Positions 36,002 through 38,938 of a DNA stretch of 38,938 nt are shown here, piece by piece. Below the pieces are notes generated by a model. It had not been told where the DNA came from, made no database searches, and was given only the letters and a program-made list of their open reading frames with translations. Made by a program: the position numbers and the translations under genes. How positions within the stretch are numbered: the first letter of the stretch is position 1; every line of letters begins with the position of its first letter. This DNA is from Verrucomicrobiota bacterium. Lineage in GTDB: Bacteria > Verrucomicrobiota > Verrucomicrobiia > Methylacidiphilales > JBCBYL01. The stretch lies in assembly GCA_039027415.1 (NCBI GenBank), contig JBCCKL010000002.1:1-38938 (forward strand), written 5' to 3'.

Positions 36002-38365
36002 CTAGAGAGGCTTGGTGCGATATTCTAGCGGTGTCTTGCCGTAGGCTTCTCGAAAGAGCTGGCAAAAGTGTCTAGTATACTTAAACCCTACTTTGTGCGT
36101 GATTTCATCAACTGCGATGTCCCCAACTAAGAGTAGTCGGGCTGCAAACTCTAGTCGCATACGACGTATTTCATCCTGAATCGAATGGTGAAGCTTGTTT
36201 TTAAAGCGCGATTCTAAAGTTCTACGGCTGACACCACTGGCAGATACGATATCCGCAATGCGGATATCTCCCCGATACTGCTGTGAGATGTAATCCACGG
36301 CAGACTGTAACGCTGGATCCTCAAATCCGATGGCAGAGGAAGACTCTCGGGTCGCCAGATATCTGGCAGGCATTGATAATTCTAGAGGCTTACTTTTACC
36401 CGGATTTCGGATTAATTCCGTCAAAAATTGAGCTATCGCAAATCCACCACGCTCAAAGCCGATATCCACACTCGAAAGCTTGGGATCCGAGAATCCGGTG
36501 AAAAACTCATCGTTATCAATTCCAACCACTGCGACATGGTCTGGTACCGAGACTCCTGCCTTATGACAACAGCTGATCACGTAATGCCCCAGTGCATCGT
36601 TGAAGGTGAGCAATCCAGTGTGCCGGGGCAAAGCTTTGAGCCAACACAACAATTTTTTTTCATCCGATAATTCCGTACTGTCTATCTGGGATGAGGAAAC
36701 CCCAGCAGCAAGCAGCGTATCATAAAAACCCTGAAAGCGATCGCTGGAACGAGAGTCTTTGGATCGATTACCAACTCTTCCCCCCATCATCCCGATATCT
36801 AGGTATGCAAACCGGGAATAACCCTTACAGAGAAAATGTTTTGCCGCCAATGCACCTGCAGACCAATTGTCCACAGAACTGGAATAGCTCTTCAGGTGAT
36901 CTCTGGAATGATCTACATAGACAATCGGGATTTTCCCAATGAACCGTTCCGGCACATTCACCCGGGTAGCGACCAGCAGACCATCATAAGCACCTGTGTC
37001 TGGCAAGTTAGCAATGGGCTTATAGGCGGCAGGATTGGTGCTTGCTACCCGGAGTGTGACCGAAACATCAGATTGTAAGCGGATATATTGCTCCACCCCC
37101 CGCAAAGTGTCTTGAATTGATTTCCCGACAAAGGTCGAAAAAAAAGCCAAATTAATGTCCCTGGAACGTTTAACATTTGAGACGAACACTGCCTTTTTTT
37201 GTGGATTGGAAAACATGGAGCGATATTGCCCTGGTGTCATACCCTCAGATCGCTTGAATGCCTTGAACAAATGAGACTGCTCCCAGCCCAGCTGAATACT
37301 TATTTCTTCTATCGTGTTGCGTGAGGTTCGAAGTCGAAACTTCGCATATTGGATACGAGTCTCGATTAGCTTTTGCTGAAGGGTCACATTCAAGTACTGC
37401 TTAAAAAGCTGTTCCAGAGACCTCAAGCTTATCCCAGTTTTAGTAGCGATTTCTTCAGCCGTCAGGTTATCGGTTCCTACCGTATTCTCAATAATTGCGA
37501 GAGCCTGCTGGATATGTGAATTTGCGACAGAGGAATGTCCGGTCGACTCCCTGAGCACTGCGTGGGGAGAGAACTCCCGGGAGACCAGCTGGTCGCTATG
37601 GCCACCAGTCTTACCCAGCTTGATCATCTTCAACAATACCGTTAAGGCATCGCTTGCCAATTCTTCCAGCCGCAGATCAATACTCGAGAGCGGCGGGCGT
37701 CCATTCTCACACAACAACGGGTCATTGCCGATCGCCATGACCATAACCTCTCTTGGAATTTGAAACGCTTTGAGTCGACAGAATTCAATAATTTCGAGCC
37801 CGGCTGCGTCGGACTCACAGAAGATCGCAGTCGGTTTAGCCAAAGCAACCAGCCAATCCGTAATCTGAGTTTGCTTAGCTGGTGTTTCGACCTCAATAGA
37901 CTTTCCTGCAGGCTCCTGCCGACTGAGCGCATCCGCAAATGCCTGCAGGTATTCATCCGCTGCCAAGTCAGAGGCTACATTGATTTGATCCGATCCTCGA
38001 TAGTAACTGTAACTGGCCACATCCGGGCGCCATAGTGTGGAGGCAGCTATATTAGCAACACGCTCATAGTCCGTCTCAAATTTGTCCCGATGCAATGGCC
38101 GGCGGCTCCCTCCTCCCATGATGATTGCGGGTAGGGCCTCGGGGAGTTGAATTACTTGTGGATATTCCTCATCCAGCAATAATCCATCGTAGGATTCTAA
38201 CTCAGATACAGAAGGCAACTGCTGCTGACTGTATAGATCTATTTTGACTTCAGGATAAAGCGCCATGTAGCGCATGGCAGCTCGAGCAATACTTCGGCCA
38301 TACACCACCTGTAGTTTCACAACCAGAGCAATCCGGTAACCTTTTCCTGAATCACGCACAATCAA
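36002..38365 (-). CDS. Tandem (double) XylR-type regulator: two sugar-binding-domain plus AraC-HTH modules in one polypeptide
   Basis: 787 aa, about twice the length of a XylR. Module 1: RIALVVKLQVVYGRSIARAAMRYM... ending in AraC HTH (...ISIQLGWEQSHLFKAFKRSEGMTPGQYR). Module 2: INLAFFSTFVGKSIQDTLRGVEQYI... ending in AraC HTH (...THKVGFKYTRHFCQLFREAYGKTPLEYR). TTG/GTG start, no early ATG. Confidence 0.85.
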   Translation of the reverse strand: MIVRDSGKGYRIALVVKLQVVYGRSIARAAMRYMALYPEVKIDLYSQQQLPSVSELESYDGLLLDEEYPQVIQLPEALPAIIMGGGSRRPLHRDKFETDYERVANIAASTLWRPDVASYSYYRGSDQINVASDLAADEYLQAFADALSRQEPAGKSIEVETPAKQTQITDWLVALAKPTAIFCESDAAGLEIIEFCRLKAFQIPREVMVMAIGNDPLLCENGRPPLSSIDLRLEELASDALTVLLKMIKLGKTGGHSDQLVSREFSPHAVLRESTGHSSVANSHIQQALAIIENTVGTDNLTAEEIATKTGISLRSLEQLFKQYLNVTLQQKLIETRIQYAKFRLRTSRNTIEEISIQLGWEQSHLFKAFKRSEGMTPGQYRSMFSNPQKKAVFVSNVKRSRDINLAFFSTFVGKSIQDTLRGVEQYIRLQSDVSVTLRVASTNPAAYKPIANLPDTGAYDGLLVATRVNVPERFIGKIPIVYVDHSRDHLKSYSSSVDNWSAGALAAKHFLCKGYSRFAYLDIGMMGGRVGNRSKDSRSSDRFQGFYDTLLAAGVSSSQIDSTELSDEKKLLCWLKALPRHTGLLTFNDALGHYVISCCHKAGVSVPDHVAVVGIDNDEFFTGFSDPKLSSVDIGFERGGFAIAQFLTELIRNPGKSKPLELSMPARYLATRESSSAIGFEDPALQSAVDYISQQYRGDIRIADIVSASGVSRRTLESRFKNKLHHSIQDEIRRMRLEFAARLLLVGDIAVDEITHKVGFKYTRHFCQLFREAYGKTPLEYRTKPL

Positions 38366-38496
38366 ACTATATCCTATATCCTCAGACTAAAGAAAAGGAA
38401 GACATCTAAGCTTCAAACATGCAGATAGATTTCCCAGTTGCCATAATGACCTATTGCTATGAAGCCTGAAGAAACTTTCCAGCAATTCATTAAAAC

Positions 38497-38528
38497 AAAA
38501 AACCCCTGTCGAACCTTTTCGACAGAGG
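38497..38528 (-). terminator. Rho-independent terminator of the second PEP-CTERM gene
   Basis: Minus-sense CCUCUGUCGAA-AAGG-UUCGACAGGGG forms an 11-bp stem with one G-U pair, followed by U6 (A6 at 38497-38502 on the plus strand). Confidence 0.8.
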
Positions 38529-38553
38529 TTTTGAATAAAGTGAAACTAAACTT

Positions 38554-38938
38554 TTATTTGCGACGACGTAGGATCGTCAGTCCAACTACACCCAGACCAA
38601 GCAATGCAAATGTGCTGGGTTCCGGAATTGGAGTCACCGTCTGACTGAAATCAGACATTGAGAATGTGGTAAATGGGGGTGTGGCTACACCACCAGAACC
38701 ACCCAACGAAGGCATAGCCTGGAAACCACCAGCTATACCGCCACCATCGCTGTCTGTATCCAGATCTACTCCAGCAGATGCCGTGTAGTTGATGTTGAAC
38801 GCAGCAGCTGCATCGCCAGTGTTATCGATAGAAGCAGCGATTGACCACAGATCCACACCGTTACTATTGGTGCTGCGAACACCTTTACTGGTACTACAAA
38901 TTGGCTGATGACCTTCCAAGCTACAAAAACCGGTGCGG
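38554..38938 (-). CDS. PEP-CTERM sorting-domain protein (N-terminus beyond the window edge)
   Basis: C-terminal PIPEPSTFALLGLGVVGLTILRRRK. The reading frame stays open to the window end, so the M at 38919 is probably internal. Confidence 0.8.
   Translation of the reverse strand, partial: RTGFCSLEGHQPICSTSKGVRSTNSNGVDLWSIAASIDNTGDAAAAFNINYTASAGVDLDTDSDGGGIAGGFQAMPSLGGSGGVATPPFTTFSMSDFSQTVTPIPEPSTFALLGLGVVGLTILRRRK

Noticed and set aside
1-38938. Searched for CRISPR arrays, tRNA/rRNA genes, IS elements and integrons
   Set aside because: No regularly spaced direct repeats, no tRNA-like T-arm or acceptor patterns, and no transposase or integrase-like ORFs were seen. The only repeat families found are the short palindromic elements reported above.

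Overview
This is a ~39 kb chromosomal window at roughly 50% G+C. By eye I found no rRNA, tRNA, CRISPR array, transposase or integrase. The gene content (PEP-CTERM sorting signals, many sulfatases, a DUF1800/DUF1501 pair, LamG 'GDIAEVLIYDR' domains) suggests a marine PVC-group bacterium, most likely Verrucomicrobiota; that is an inference. Positions 1-17.6 kb are mostly housekeeping or envelope genes: lemA plus a long M48 peptidase, an RRM RNA-binding protein, a 2TM/RCK K+ channel, ridA-pyrE, a low-GC secreted HEAT-repeat gene, tatD-thrB, sua5, a PrsW-like plus MtfA-like protease pair, nadC overlapping a DAACS transporter, lpxA and radC. Positions 17.7-38.9 kb form a carbohydrate locus. It holds an AKR / Zn-ADH / UxaE-like epimerase / secreted beta-sandwich operon, then a tightly packed LacI / 3 sulfatases / LamG-GH16 / SGNH operon. 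Facing these on the minus strand are a DUF1800 (with a ~430-aa N-terminal extension) / Tat-DUF1501 pair, two PEP-CTERM proteins, and a 787-aa regulator that is a head-to-tail fusion of two complete XylR-type (sugar-binding domain plus AraC HTH) modules. The best candidate for an undescribed system is this SusC/D-less sulfated-glycan locus built around the DUF1800/DUF1501 pair, the PEP-CTERM proteins and the double XylR. Two non-coding observations also stand out. A ~92-nt A+T-rich palindromic repeat occurs twice, exactly at convergent gene ends, and supplies stop codons. A ~100-bp composite palindrome carries four CACAGAG motifs. All functional calls rest on motifs recognised by eye in the supplied translations. 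No database search was run, and several starts (TTG/GTG) are uncertain.
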